Origin: Candidatus Latescibacterota bacterium
GTDB lineage: Bacteria; Latescibacterota; UBA2968; UBA8231
Reading direction: 5' to 3'
Assembly: GCA_965208105.1 (NCBI GenBank)
Contig: OZ242318.1
Span: forward strand, 3,392,001-3,456,000
Length of the DNA: 64,000 nucleotides
The translations under genes and the position numbers were made by a program. The notes under the pieces were generated by a model, which did not search any database, was not told the DNA's origin, and worked only from the letters and a program-made list of their open reading frames with translations. This document shows positions 33,827 to 42,921 of the stretch, one piece after another. Position 1 is the stretch's first letter; every line of letters begins with the position of its first letter.

Positions 33827-34193
33827 GAGTTGATCCCCGTTTCTGTCAAATTCCTTTAACTTCTTGTTTTTCAATCACCTAAAAAAATGAAACTCTTTGC
33901 AGAACCATGTGATACTACATGGTTTTTCGTGATAATGAAGGCATTATGTTGTGCAGGCGATGATCGGTCGCACAAAATGTGGACGTGGAGGCGAGGACCG
34001 GGAGGGAGAGCGCGGGGAAAGAGGAAAATCTGCACTTCAGAGCTGAAAATATTTCCCACCCCGGTTGGATTCAGGGCGAGTAAGGTGCCTGGGATCGAGG
34101 GCAGGGACAGGGGTGCCGGGGAATGGAATCCGATCTCACCTGCGTGCAGGGAAAAAATTTCTCATGCCAGGATGAGGACAGGTTTGCAGGGGT

Positions 34194-35654
34194 TCACATT
34201 TGCAGTTTGGCCAGCTGCGGGCGGAGTAGTTGGCGCGGCAGCATGGCCTTGAGGAGGGTAGGCCCTCCCAATTGCACCAGGCCGCGGCACAGGGTCCAGC
34301 AGCCGTGGCGGCAGAGGACCTCCCCTTTGAAAGGTGATCCCTGTTTCAGTTCCAGCGATTCACCCCGGAAGAGAGTTTGCACCTGCGGCCAGGTCAACTC
34401 CAAAGACGGCCCCTGCATTTCTCCTCCCCACATGGTGACGGCTTGTTGGCTCAGGTAGTAGTGGTCCTTGTGGCTGCGGGCGATCCGCATTCCGCCCCTG
34501 ACGTAGAATGGAAATTGGCGCTTGAAGGCAGCTGTTTCGCGGGGCTGAAGGCAAAGGTGGCGGCCGTCCATCGCGAGGAGTTGACCCGGCGGGCAGGGCG
34601 GCTCGAAATTCCAGTGAGCTCGCAAATGACGCCTGGCCCGATCCGCTTCGGGGTCGGACTCCGCGGCGGGAATCCACGAACCGTTGTCGGCGTCGCACCT
34701 GGTCCAGGCGGTCTCTCCCAGTTTTCGGATGCGGGCGACGAAGGCCCCCTCGGTGTCGTGCAGGTGAGGCCAGACCCGGGCGCAGCCGGCCAGGGTTGTC
34801 GGGTAGCGCATTGCAAATTCGGAGGGCAGCGGAACCAGGTCGATGCCCTCGACCTTCAGGACTTCGGTTATGTCCGGATTTTTTTTAATCAGCCCCAGAA
34901 GCACGTCCTCGTTTTCCTCCAGGGAAAGGGAGCAGGTTGAGTAAACCATCGTACCGCCTGGGCGCAGCATGTGGAAGGCCGCCCTCAGCAGCCCGGTTTG
35001 CTGCTGGGCCTGGCGCCGGGAGTCCGCAACCGACCAGTAGCGCAACATGCCGAGGTCCTTGCGCACGATGCCGTCGCCGCTGCAGGGAGCGTCGAGGAGG
35101 ATGCGATCGAAGAAATTGTGGAAATAGCGTGCCAACAGGGTGCCCGGGGCCTTGGTCACGATGGCGTTGGCCACCCCGCATCGCTCGAGATTTCCCACCA
35201 GCCCCGGGATGCGTTTGCCCTGGGGTTCGTTGGCAACCAGCAGTCCGCTGTTTTCCATGCCGGCGGCGATCTGGGTGGCCTTGCCTCCGGGTGAAGCGGC
35301 GAGGTCGAGAATGCGTTCGCCCGGACGGGGATCCAGGGCCGTTACCGCCAGGGTAGCGGCCTTGGCCTGGATGTAGAATCCCCCCAGGGCGTACTCGAGT
35401 GTGTGCCCGGGGGAGACGAGGGAGCCGGGCAGATCAAAGGCGTGCTCGCACCAGGGCGCCTGCCCGCCGTCCTCCAACAACCCAGGCAGCAGATTCGCGG
35501 CCGGGGGCATCAGTGGGTTGAGACGCAGGCTGGAAGGAGGTGGGGTCAGCGAGCAGCGGCGGAAGGCCTGGCGCTGAGCGCTGTCCGGAAGCAGTTGCTC
35601 GAGGTGGTGAAGGAGGTCCTGCAGCCGGGTCTGCTCCCCGTCCTCTTTGCGCAT
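34194..35654 (-). CDS. RsmB/RsmF (NOL1/NOP2) RNA m5C methyltransferase
   Basis: LDLAASPGGKA, LDAPCSGDG, YSTCS, ENEDV; start uncertain. Confidence 0.9.
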   Translation of the reverse strand: MRKEDGEQTRLQDLLHHLEQLLPDSAQRQAFRRCSLTPPPSSLRLNPLMPPAANLLPGLLEDGGQAPWCEHAFDLPGSLVSPGHTLEYALGGFYIQAKAATLAVTALDPRPGERILDLAASPGGKATQIAAGMENSGLLVANEPQGKRIPGLVGNLERCGVANAIVTKAPGTLLARYFHNFFDRILLDAPCSGDGIVRKDLGMLRYWSVADSRRQAQQQTGLLRAAFHMLRPGGTMVYSTCSLSLEENEDVLLGLIKKNPDITEVLKVEGIDLVPLPSEFAMRYPTTLAGCARVWPHLHDTEGAFVARIRKLGETAWTRCDADNGSWIPAAESDPEADRARRHLRAHWNFEPPCPPGQLLAMDGRHLCLQPRETAAFKRQFPFYVRGGMRIARSHKDHYYLSQQAVTMWGGEMQGPSLELTWPQVQTLFRGESLELKQGSPFKGEVLCRHGCWTLCRGLVQLGGPTLLKAMLPRQLLRPQLAKLQM

Positions 35655-35725
35655 CTCTCGGCGCGGTTCTTTATTCTCCACAATGATTTTTATCTTAGGC
35701 ACGCCCCTCGAGCAGGGCAAGAAGA

Positions 35726-36400
35726 ATGGGTTCCCAACATTCATTCATAATCAGTGATCTGCACCTCGGCTCGGAATTTTTCTGCAGGGAGAAGTTCCTG
35801 TCCTGGCTCGACGGTTTGGAGCCCGAGGCTCAGTTGATCCTCAACGGCGACATCATCGAGGATTCCGCCGCGGCTCTCTGTGCCGGGCATCGGGCCGTTC
35901 TCGAACGCCTGGTCCAGGAGTCACACCGCCGGCCTCTCGTGTGGATCTACGGCAACCACGACGCCGACGTGGTCCTGGAGGACTCAGGCCGGATCAAGTT
36001 CGCCCACCAGTGGGCGATCGGGCAACGGTTGCTGGTCATGCACGGAAATTCTCTGGACAAGATCATGCCCAGGCACAGGGTCTTTAAGAAGCTCTTCAGT
36101 TTCTTTCACCACGTGCTCATGTCCCTGGGATTTCAGAGAATGCACGTTGCCCAGTACGCCAAGAAGTGGGCTTTCCTCTACCAGTTTCTGAACAGGCACG
36201 TGGCGGAGGAGGCCCTCCGCGTAGCGCGGGAGAAGGGATTCGAGGCCGTGACCTGCGGGCACACCCATGCGGCCATGGAAATCAGGCAGGATGGACGCCG
36301 CTACCTCAACACGGGTGCCTGGACCGAGGAGCCTCTGCATTACGTCGCGGTCAATGCGCGGGAGATCGGATTGCACATCTATGACGGCAGGCTGGCGTGA
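35726..36400 (+). CDS. Metallophosphoesterase (LpxH-like)
   Basis: SDLHLG, NGDI, GNHD, HG, GHTH, NTGAW. Confidence 0.85.
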   Translation: MGSQHSFIISDLHLGSEFFCREKFLSWLDGLEPEAQLILNGDIIEDSAAALCAGHRAVLERLVQESHRRPLVWIYGNHDADVVLEDSGRIKFAHQWAIGQRLLVMHGNSLDKIMPRHRVFKKLFSFFHHVLMSLGFQRMHVAQYAKKWAFLYQFLNRHVAEEALRVAREKGFEAVTCGHTHAAMEIRQDGRRYLNTGAWTEEPLHYVAVNAREIGLHIYDGRLA

Positions 36401-38748
36401 ATTCGGTTGAAAGGCAGGACAGGCAGAGTTCACCCCTCCTTCCTCTTCGGTTCATTGAGCCCATTTTGAGCGCGGTCAAATTGATTCAGTCCGGTCCGCG
36501 GACGTGGATGCTCCTGGCCTGCCTGGCGCCGCCGGCGGAGGCGGTGGGCGAGAAATTGAGTTGGCCTCTTGGCATGGGAAGGGCACTGTCCTCTACCTTC
36601 GGCGAGTCGCGCTCCACCGCTTTTCATGCCGGCATCGACCTCAAAACCTGGGGCAAGACCGGGTACGAGGTGCGGGCCGTGGGCAGCGGCTACGTCTGGA
36701 GGCTGCGCACCTCGCCCTGGGGATACGGCCGGGCAGTGTATCAAAAATTGGGAGACGGCCGCATAGTGGTTTACGCCCACCTGGATGGTTTCGCACCCAG
36801 GCTCGACGGGCGCGTAAAGCGGGCACAGCGGGCCAGCGGGCGCTACAGCGTGGACCTCCGGCTCGGGGAAGGAGAAATCCCCATCCGCCGGGGCGAACTC
36901 ATCGCCTGGAGCGGAGCGAGCGGCGCCGGCCCACCGCATCTGCACCTGGAACTCCGCGATCCGAACAATGTCCCCTTCAATCCGCTTTTAGACGAATTCG
37001 AGGTGAAGGACACCATCGCGCCGACCATTCAGCGCCTCGGCCTGGTGCCGGTTGGAATGGAAAGCAAGGTGAACGGCGGCCATGAGCCCGTTTCCACCGC
37101 TGTGCGCTGGAACCCTTCCAGGGGGGACTATGAAGGCGCTGAAATCCTTGCGGCCAATGGACGGATTGGGGTGAACGTGCTGGTTTACGACCGCGCCGAT
37201 GCCGCTCCCAACAAGCTGGCCCCCTACCGTCAATCATTGAAGGTGGACGGCCGCCCCGTATTCACCGCGGCCTATGATCGGGTATCCTACAGTGAAACCC
37301 ACCAGATTTTTCTCGATCGCCTGCTCCTGGAGCTGCCGGGGGGGGAAGGACGATTTTTCAATCTGTTCCGGTTTCCCGGCAACCGCCTGAACTTCTACAG
37401 CCATGCTCCCGGAGAGGATGGGCTGCTGGGTTGTGGCATGGGCTCGGGAAGCGGATTTCTGCCAAAGGGGACTCACGAGCTGGTGATTGAATCGGAAGAT
37501 GCAGCAGGGAACAGGAGCCGGGCACGATTGAAGCTGCGGGTGAATGCGCCTCCCGCGGTTGTCAGCGCTCGATTGTTTGAATCTGCCGCGGGTCAATCCT
37601 TGCAGGCGGTGGTGGACGACGCGGACGACCTTCGACTTGAAGCGGATCTGTCCTGCTCCGAAGACGGCGAACGGTGGTCTGCAGTGGAGCGCCGGCGGCT
37701 GGCCCTCGGCAAAAGCGAATGGCTGCTGCCGTGCCAGGCGGGACTCTGGCGCCTGAGGGTGCGGGACGGTTCAGGTGCGGAGAGCATTGGAATCGGGGCT
37801 CTGCCACAAGCCGATGCCGGACCCCCACCCGCGATCGACCATTCCAGCCGGGCCTATCCGGATTTCGTCGAATTGAACATCGGCACTGACCAGGTCCTGG
37901 CCCGGGCTCCCCTCATAGAGGTGCGAGATGGCGGCCGGTCCTACCAATTGGTCCCGCGCCAGGTGGCCCCTCGCCGGTTCAGCGCCGAGGTGCCCCTGCA
38001 GCTTGGAGGTGCAGAGCTGATCACCCTCGCAGTGGCCGCCCGCGGCCGCAATGGCGACCTGGTCGGGGAAGAGCTGGTGCTGAATCAGCGCTACGTCCTG
38101 CCCGAAGGCAGGGGGAGGCTGGATTTCGACGGCGGCCGGGCAGTCCTCGTCTTTCCGGAGAACAGTGTCTACGAGCCGCTCTGCCCCCAGGCTTCCTACT
38201 TCCAGCCGCTGGACACGGGTCACCTGAAGAGCGCGGGAGTCGGCTACGAATTCGGGCCCCGCAGGACGGCTTTCAATCGCAGGATACTGGTCCAACTGCG
38301 CATCCCCGAGGGGATGCGGAATCCCCGGAAGCTGGGTATCTACCGCGACGGAGGCGGCGGGAGGTGGAGCTTCGTGGGCAACGAGATAGACCTGCAAAAG
38401 GGGGTAGTAGGGGCTTGGACCCGGAACCTGTCGCGCTACGCTCTGCTGGCGGATGAGGAACCGCCGGTGATAAAGCGCCTGGAACCGGCTTCGGGCTCGA
38501 CCATCGAGGCAGGAAAGCCCTTGTTGCGCGCCTGGATCGAGGACCGGGGCTCGGGAATCCGGCGAGAGGAGGACATCTCCATGGAGCTGGATGGCCGCCG
38601 GCTGATCAGCGAATACGATCCGGACGCTCGAACCGTGAAATACCAGGTCGAAGAGATCCTGGGGCCGGGGCCGCGCCGGCTGGTGGTGAAGGTGCGGGAC
38701 GCGAGCGGCAACCAGGCCTCGGCCCACGCGGAGTTTACGGTGAAATAG
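36397..38748 (+). CDS. M23 family metallopeptidase with long C-terminal beta-rich domains
   Basis: FHAGID, YAHL, PHLHLE, NPL; true start may be further downstream. Confidence 0.85.
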   Translation: MNSVERQDRQSSPLLPLRFIEPILSAVKLIQSGPRTWMLLACLAPPAEAVGEKLSWPLGMGRALSSTFGESRSTAFHAGIDLKTWGKTGYEVRAVGSGYVWRLRTSPWGYGRAVYQKLGDGRIVVYAHLDGFAPRLDGRVKRAQRASGRYSVDLRLGEGEIPIRRGELIAWSGASGAGPPHLHLELRDPNNVPFNPLLDEFEVKDTIAPTIQRLGLVPVGMESKVNGGHEPVSTAVRWNPSRGDYEGAEILAANGRIGVNVLVYDRADAAPNKLAPYRQSLKVDGRPVFTAAYDRVSYSETHQIFLDRLLLELPGGEGRFFNLFRFPGNRLNFYSHAPGEDGLLGCGMGSGSGFLPKGTHELVIESEDAAGNRSRARLKLRVNAPPAVVSARLFESAAGQSLQAVVDDADDLRLEADLSCSEDGERWSAVERRRLALGKSEWLLPCQAGLWRLRVRDGSGAESIGIGALPQADAGPPPAIDHSSRAYPDFVELNIGTDQVLARAPLIEVRDGGRSYQLVPRQVAPRRFSAEVPLQLGGAELITLAVAARGRNGDLVGEELVLNQRYVLPEGRGRLDFDGGRAVLVFPENSVYEPLCPQASYFQPLDTGHLKSAGVGYEFGPRRTAFNRRILVQLRIPEGMRNPRKLGIYRDGGGGRWSFVGNEIDLQKGVVGAWTRNLSRYALLADEEPPVIKRLEPASGSTIEAGKPLLRAWIEDRGSGIRREEDISMELDGRRLISEYDPDARTVKYQVEEILGPGPRRLVVKVRDASGNQASAHAEFTVK

Positions 38749-38839
38749 GGCCAGGCAGGGCAGCCGGCGTTCCGGCGCCCGCCCTGGGACGGCGAAGCTC
38801 CCGGTTGCCGGCCTTCGGCCCCGGCGCTGCGCGCCGATC

Positions 38840-39637
38840 TCATTTCTGCGCCAGAGAGTGCGCCAACTCCGAGGCAATGCGGAACAGAGTCTTGCTGGTG
38901 GGACAATCCGGGGAGAGATCGACGAGTGGGGTTCCGGCATCGGCACAGCTGCGCATTTGATTGTCCAGCGGCACCTTGCCGAGGAATGGCAGGTCGAATT
39001 GCCGCGCTACCTGCTCGCCGCCTCCGGAACCGAAGATGGGGGTGGGATGATCGCAGGAGGTGCACCTGAAATAGCTCATGTTCTCGATGAGGCCGAGTAC
39101 GGAGATCTCGCTTTGCCGGAACATCTCGACACCCCGCCGAACGTCCGCAAGGGCGATTTTCGAAGGGGTGGTGACGATGACGGCGCCATCGAGCGGAGCT
39201 GACTGGGTCAGGGTGATCTGCACGTCGCCCGTGCCGGGAGGCAGGTCGAGCACCAGCAGATCGATGTTGCCCCACTCCACGTTGAAAAGGAATTGATTCA
39301 TCATCTTGGTCAGCATGGGACCGCGCCAGATCACCGGCATGCCCGGGTCGATGAGCAGGCCCATGGAGATAACCTTCAGGCCATAAGCGGCCACCGGCAG
39401 GATGCGCCCTGATTCTCGATCGGCCGCGGGCTTGTCCGTCACTCCCAGCATTCCCGGAATATTCGGGCCGTATACGTCGGCGTCCACCAGTCCGATTCGG
39501 AGGCCCCTGCGGGCAAGGGCAACGGCCAGATTTGCACTTATGGTGGACTTGCCGACGCCGCCCTTGCCGCTGGAGATGGCCAGCATGCGCTCTACGCCCG
39601 GAAGGGACTGCCGATCGTGGGTCGGGGGGCTGCTCAC
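38840..39637 (-). CDS. Mrp/NBP35 (ApbC) Fe-S carrier ATPase
   Basis: SGKGGVGKST, DADVYGP, DLPPGTGD, ENMS, CTSC. Confidence 0.93.
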   Translation of the reverse strand: MSSPPTHDRQSLPGVERMLAISSGKGGVGKSTISANLAVALARRGLRIGLVDADVYGPNIPGMLGVTDKPAADRESGRILPVAAYGLKVISMGLLIDPGMPVIWRGPMLTKMMNQFLFNVEWGNIDLLVLDLPPGTGDVQITLTQSAPLDGAVIVTTPSKIALADVRRGVEMFRQSEISVLGLIENMSYFRCTSCDHPTPIFGSGGGEQVARQFDLPFLGKVPLDNQMRSCADAGTPLVDLSPDCPTSKTLFRIASELAHSLAQK

Positions 39638-39719
39638 GATTTACTTTCGGAAGGAGGAGATGTGAAAAGAAAGCAAGAATATCCGCGTTCCGGGCAACTC
39701 CGGCAAGGTCGATGAGCGG

Positions 39720-39748
39720 TTGACAAATTTTCGGGGAACTTCTATACT
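39720..39748 (+). promoter_or_regulatory. Near-consensus sigma70 promoter
   Basis: TTGACA-N17-TATACT. Confidence 0.7.
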
Positions 39749-40192
39749 AAGGCGATCCGCCGCTAGTCAATCAGCTCTAAGCATCGACATTTTCAAGATG
39801 TTAAGCAATATGCGGACCGGGATTTCGAGGGGGAATTTCCTCCCGGGGACCAGTTCGCGCCAGGGATTGTGGGGATTGACCAGGGATCTGTGATTCAAAC
39901 TCACTGCGGGCTCCACCGCCATTTCTCGAGACATGCCCGCCTCTGATGTCCAGCTACGTTTGAGAAGTCTTCTTCCCAAGGCTTTCGCTGCACAATGCCC
40001 GGATGCCGTCGAGACGCACCGTCGTTGCCGTCGGTTGCGGGAATCCGGCGGTTGCACCGGCATTGGAACCCCTGCCCATGTCGATTATCATCGCGCCCCG
40101 TGCATCCCCGGTGTCCTCGACAGGCTTCACGGACCTCGGTCAGCGGCAGCGCCAGGAGAGGTCTTGCAAGCTAGAATAGGCGGCCGAGCAGG

Positions 40193-41941
40193 ATGAAGAA
40201 TCCTTCCCGGGTCCTATGGCCGACTGCGTCATGGGCTCTGGTAGCAGCGGCGATGGGTTGCGGACCGGCGCAACTGCCGCAGCAGGTGGAATTCGGCGTG
40301 GAAGTGGTCCACAAGAAGGCGCCGGTAGTGGGCCAGAATCAGTTGTCTTTGCGCCTGTCCATCCCGGCCGGTCGTCCCCAGTCCCTGGTCGCCTCTCTGG
40401 AATTGGTCTCTCCCGAAGGAGAGCGCCTGGATTTCGAACGTGCAATCCATGCGAGGTCCAAAGATGAGGATCTGTTCGACCTTCCCTATGTAGTGCACAA
40501 GGAGGGGCTGTATCACGCTGTCCTCGAGATCCATGAACAGCAGGGCGGGGAGCTGGTCCACGCCAGGGAGGACCTGCACCTGAACGTGCGGCCCCGCTGG
40601 GAGTTCAGCAACGACCGGTCCTACTATACCAGCGAGGAGGTCATTCGCTTCAAGGCTAGGCTGAACCGGTCCGAAGAAACCCGCCTGGTCGTGGCGGTAG
40701 AGCTGCGGCAGGGAACAATTACCTGGGACAGAAGGGAACTGATTTTCCGCGGCCGCGAGGTCGAAGGTGAGATGGCCGCGACTTCGCTGGCACCGGGGGC
40801 CTACACCCTGTCGGCCCAACTCCAGGGCGAGAAGGGACTCGAAGATTCGATTCAGTGCGAATTCCACAAGCACCCCCCGGGCGAGCGCGAGGTAAAGATC
40901 GACCTGTTCAGTCAGATGCTTCTGGTCGACGGCAAGCCCTTCTTTCCCATCGGGCTTTACTGGCTGCGCACAGAAGTCTTGAACGAGGTGAGGCGCCTGA
41001 ACTTCAATTCCGGAGATTATTTCTACATGCTCGATGCCGGGGAAATCGCCGAGTTGATGGATGCAGCGGCCGCGGAGGATATGGGGATCCTGCTGGAGTT
41101 GACCAACTTCGTCGGACGGAAGCCTGAGCCCGACTACGGTGGTATCGAAGCGACGATCAAGCGGTATCGCCGGCATCCGGCCCTGCTGGCCTGGTATATC
41201 GTCGACGAGCCGCTGGAGAAGCGAGTCAAGCCGGGACCAGCCAATGTGGTTTACGAGCGAATCCGGGAACTGGATCCCTATCACCCGGTCTATCTGGTCA
41301 ACAACCGTCCCCATGCTTACGAGGACTTCATTGGTGCCAGCGACATTCTGGGGATTGACGTCTATCCCATCCCGAAATATCCGATCGCACGCGTGCGAAA
41401 CTTTATGGATAAGGCGCGTTGGGCATCGCGGGGAAGCAAGCCGGTGTGGCTGGTTGCCCAGGCATTCGGCGGAGTCGAGCACTGGCCGCGCGCTCCCTCG
41501 GCGGTCGAGTTGCGCAACATGGTCTACCAGGGTCTGGTGCAGGGAGCGCGCGGGCTGCTGTTTTACCGCTACTGCAGAGAGAATGAACGCCACATTCAGC
41601 CCCTGTCCCTGTGGGCCGAGGTGCGCACCCTGGCAACGGAGTTATCCGAGTTGTCACCCGTGCTGGTCGAACCCGACTGCAACGATTGTGTGCGCAGCCT
41701 CGAAAGGGACGAGGGTGTGGACATTATGCTGAAGAATCACCGGGGCGAATACTACTTGTTTGCGGTGAACTCCTCCCAGGCGTGGAAGCAGGTGCGCTGC
41801 CGTTTCTCCGGTCTGCGCTCCTTCAGCCAGGTGGAGGCGATGCATCACAGCCCTTCCAGCCGATGGCGGGGTGATGTCCTCGAGATTCAGCTGGCCCCTC
41901 TTGGCGTGGGCGTTTACAGGCTGGCGCCGGTCGGAGTCTAG
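40193..41941 (+). CDS. Putative lipoprotein with glycoside-hydrolase-like TIM-barrel domain
   Basis: Lipobox-like AAMGC, DGKPFFPIGLY, HPALLAWYIVDEP, DVYPIP, PVWLVAQAF. Confidence 0.7.
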   Translation: MKNPSRVLWPTASWALVAAAMGCGPAQLPQQVEFGVEVVHKKAPVVGQNQLSLRLSIPAGRPQSLVASLELVSPEGERLDFERAIHARSKDEDLFDLPYVVHKEGLYHAVLEIHEQQGGELVHAREDLHLNVRPRWEFSNDRSYYTSEEVIRFKARLNRSEETRLVVAVELRQGTITWDRRELIFRGREVEGEMAATSLAPGAYTLSAQLQGEKGLEDSIQCEFHKHPPGEREVKIDLFSQMLLVDGKPFFPIGLYWLRTEVLNEVRRLNFNSGDYFYMLDAGEIAELMDAAAAEDMGILLELTNFVGRKPEPDYGGIEATIKRYRRHPALLAWYIVDEPLEKRVKPGPANVVYERIRELDPYHPVYLVNNRPHAYEDFIGASDILGIDVYPIPKYPIARVRNFMDKARWASRGSKPVWLVAQAFGGVEHWPRAPSAVELRNMVYQGLVQGARGLLFYRYCRENERHIQPLSLWAEVRTLATELSELSPVLVEPDCNDCVRSLERDEGVDIMLKNHRGEYYLFAVNSSQAWKQVRCRFSGLRSFSQVEAMHHSPSSRWRGDVLEIQLAPLGVGVYRLAPVGV

Positions 41942-42058
41942 TGGTCCGCCGCAGAAATATGTCGCCATTTTCCGCCGATCCATCCCGGCTCACGGCGTTG
42001 CCTTCACTCGCCGTACACCACTGCTACGACTCGCCCGGGCGCCTTGTGAGCCGGGCGC
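41938..42058. mobile_element. MITE family A copy 2 (right end missing)
   Basis: Matches family A from CTAG through gccttgtgagccgggcgc, then diverges. Confidence 0.75.
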
Positions 42059-42155
42059 AGCCTCCGGGCTCCGGACGGGCATTCGGCAAGGTCATCCATT
42101 TTGCTCCGCAATTGACACAGCCTGGGAAGAACCGTTGAAAAGAAGGGGGTAATCC

Positions 42156-42647
42156 ATGGCCAAAAAAGTTGCGCTGAATAAACGGGAACGGGAGAAGGTC
42201 AAGAAGGGTCTGCTGCAACGCCATTCCAAACTTCTCAACGATCTGCGCGGCACCGAGCACGAGATCGACGAACTGCAGGAACCCAAGACCGACGTCCTGG
42301 ATCGGGCGGTGGAGGCCGGCGCAATGGAGTTGCTGGTCACCCTGGGCGATACCGAACGGCGCGAGCTGGAGGAGATTACGCTTGCACTGGAAAAACTCGA
42401 GACCGGAAGCTATGGCAAGTGCGAGGCCTGCCTGGAAACACCCCTTCACCTGTGCGCGTCCTGCCCCTTCATCGCCAAGCCTCGTCTCGAAGCTCTGCCC
42501 ACGGCGAGGCTGTGCGTGGCCTGCCAGGAGGCTGAGGAGAAGAATCAGATCCCCTCGTACACCCGCCTGCGGCCACGGCGCCCGATTTTTGGCGAGGAAA
42601 TGGATGAGTTCCGTCATCCGCTGATGGAATCGAGCGATGACAACTGA
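42156..42647 (+). CDS. TraR/DksA family zinc-finger protein
   Basis: Coiled coil with DVLDRA tip, YGKCEAC, RLEALPTARLCVACQE. Confidence 0.85.
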   Translation: MAKKVALNKREREKVKKGLLQRHSKLLNDLRGTEHEIDELQEPKTDVLDRAVEAGAMELLVTLGDTERRELEEITLALEKLETGSYGKCEACLETPLHLCASCPFIAKPRLEALPTARLCVACQEAEEKNQIPSYTRLRPRRPIFGEEMDEFRHPLMESSDDN

Positions 42648-42753
42648 GACCGCCTGGGGTCGATCAGGGCGGTTCTCCGCTGCCGGTCCTTTGGTTTCTC
42701 ATCACTTCAGGGAAGGGATCAGGGTGCCGGAACTTGAGCCCATGGGCATGGAT

Positions 42754-42921
42754 CTAGTTTCCCGTCGCAGAAATATGTCGCCATTTTTCCGCCGATCCAT
42801 CCCGGCTCACGGCGTTGCCTTCACTCGCCGTACACCACTGGTACGACTCGCTCAGGCGCCTTGTGAGCCGGGCGCCTCGGCGGCCCGATTGCGTCAACCT
42901 ATTTCTGCGACGGGAAACTAG
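42754..42921. mobile_element. MITE family A copy 3 (most intact)
   Basis: Perfect 22-bp IR ctagtttcccgtcgcagaaata / tatttctgcgacgggaaactag. Confidence 0.85.

Noticed and set aside
33655-33830. 6S RNA-like long rod
   Set aside because: The outer stem uses bases upstream of the predicted sigma54 +1, and I see no 6S-type central bubble or closing stem.
33975-34140. RNase P RNA (GAGGAAAATC) or CsrB-like GGA-rich RNA
   Set aside because: It lacks GAAAGUCC and the 3' ACAGAA..CGGC signature, and the GGA motifs are not in evident hairpin loops.
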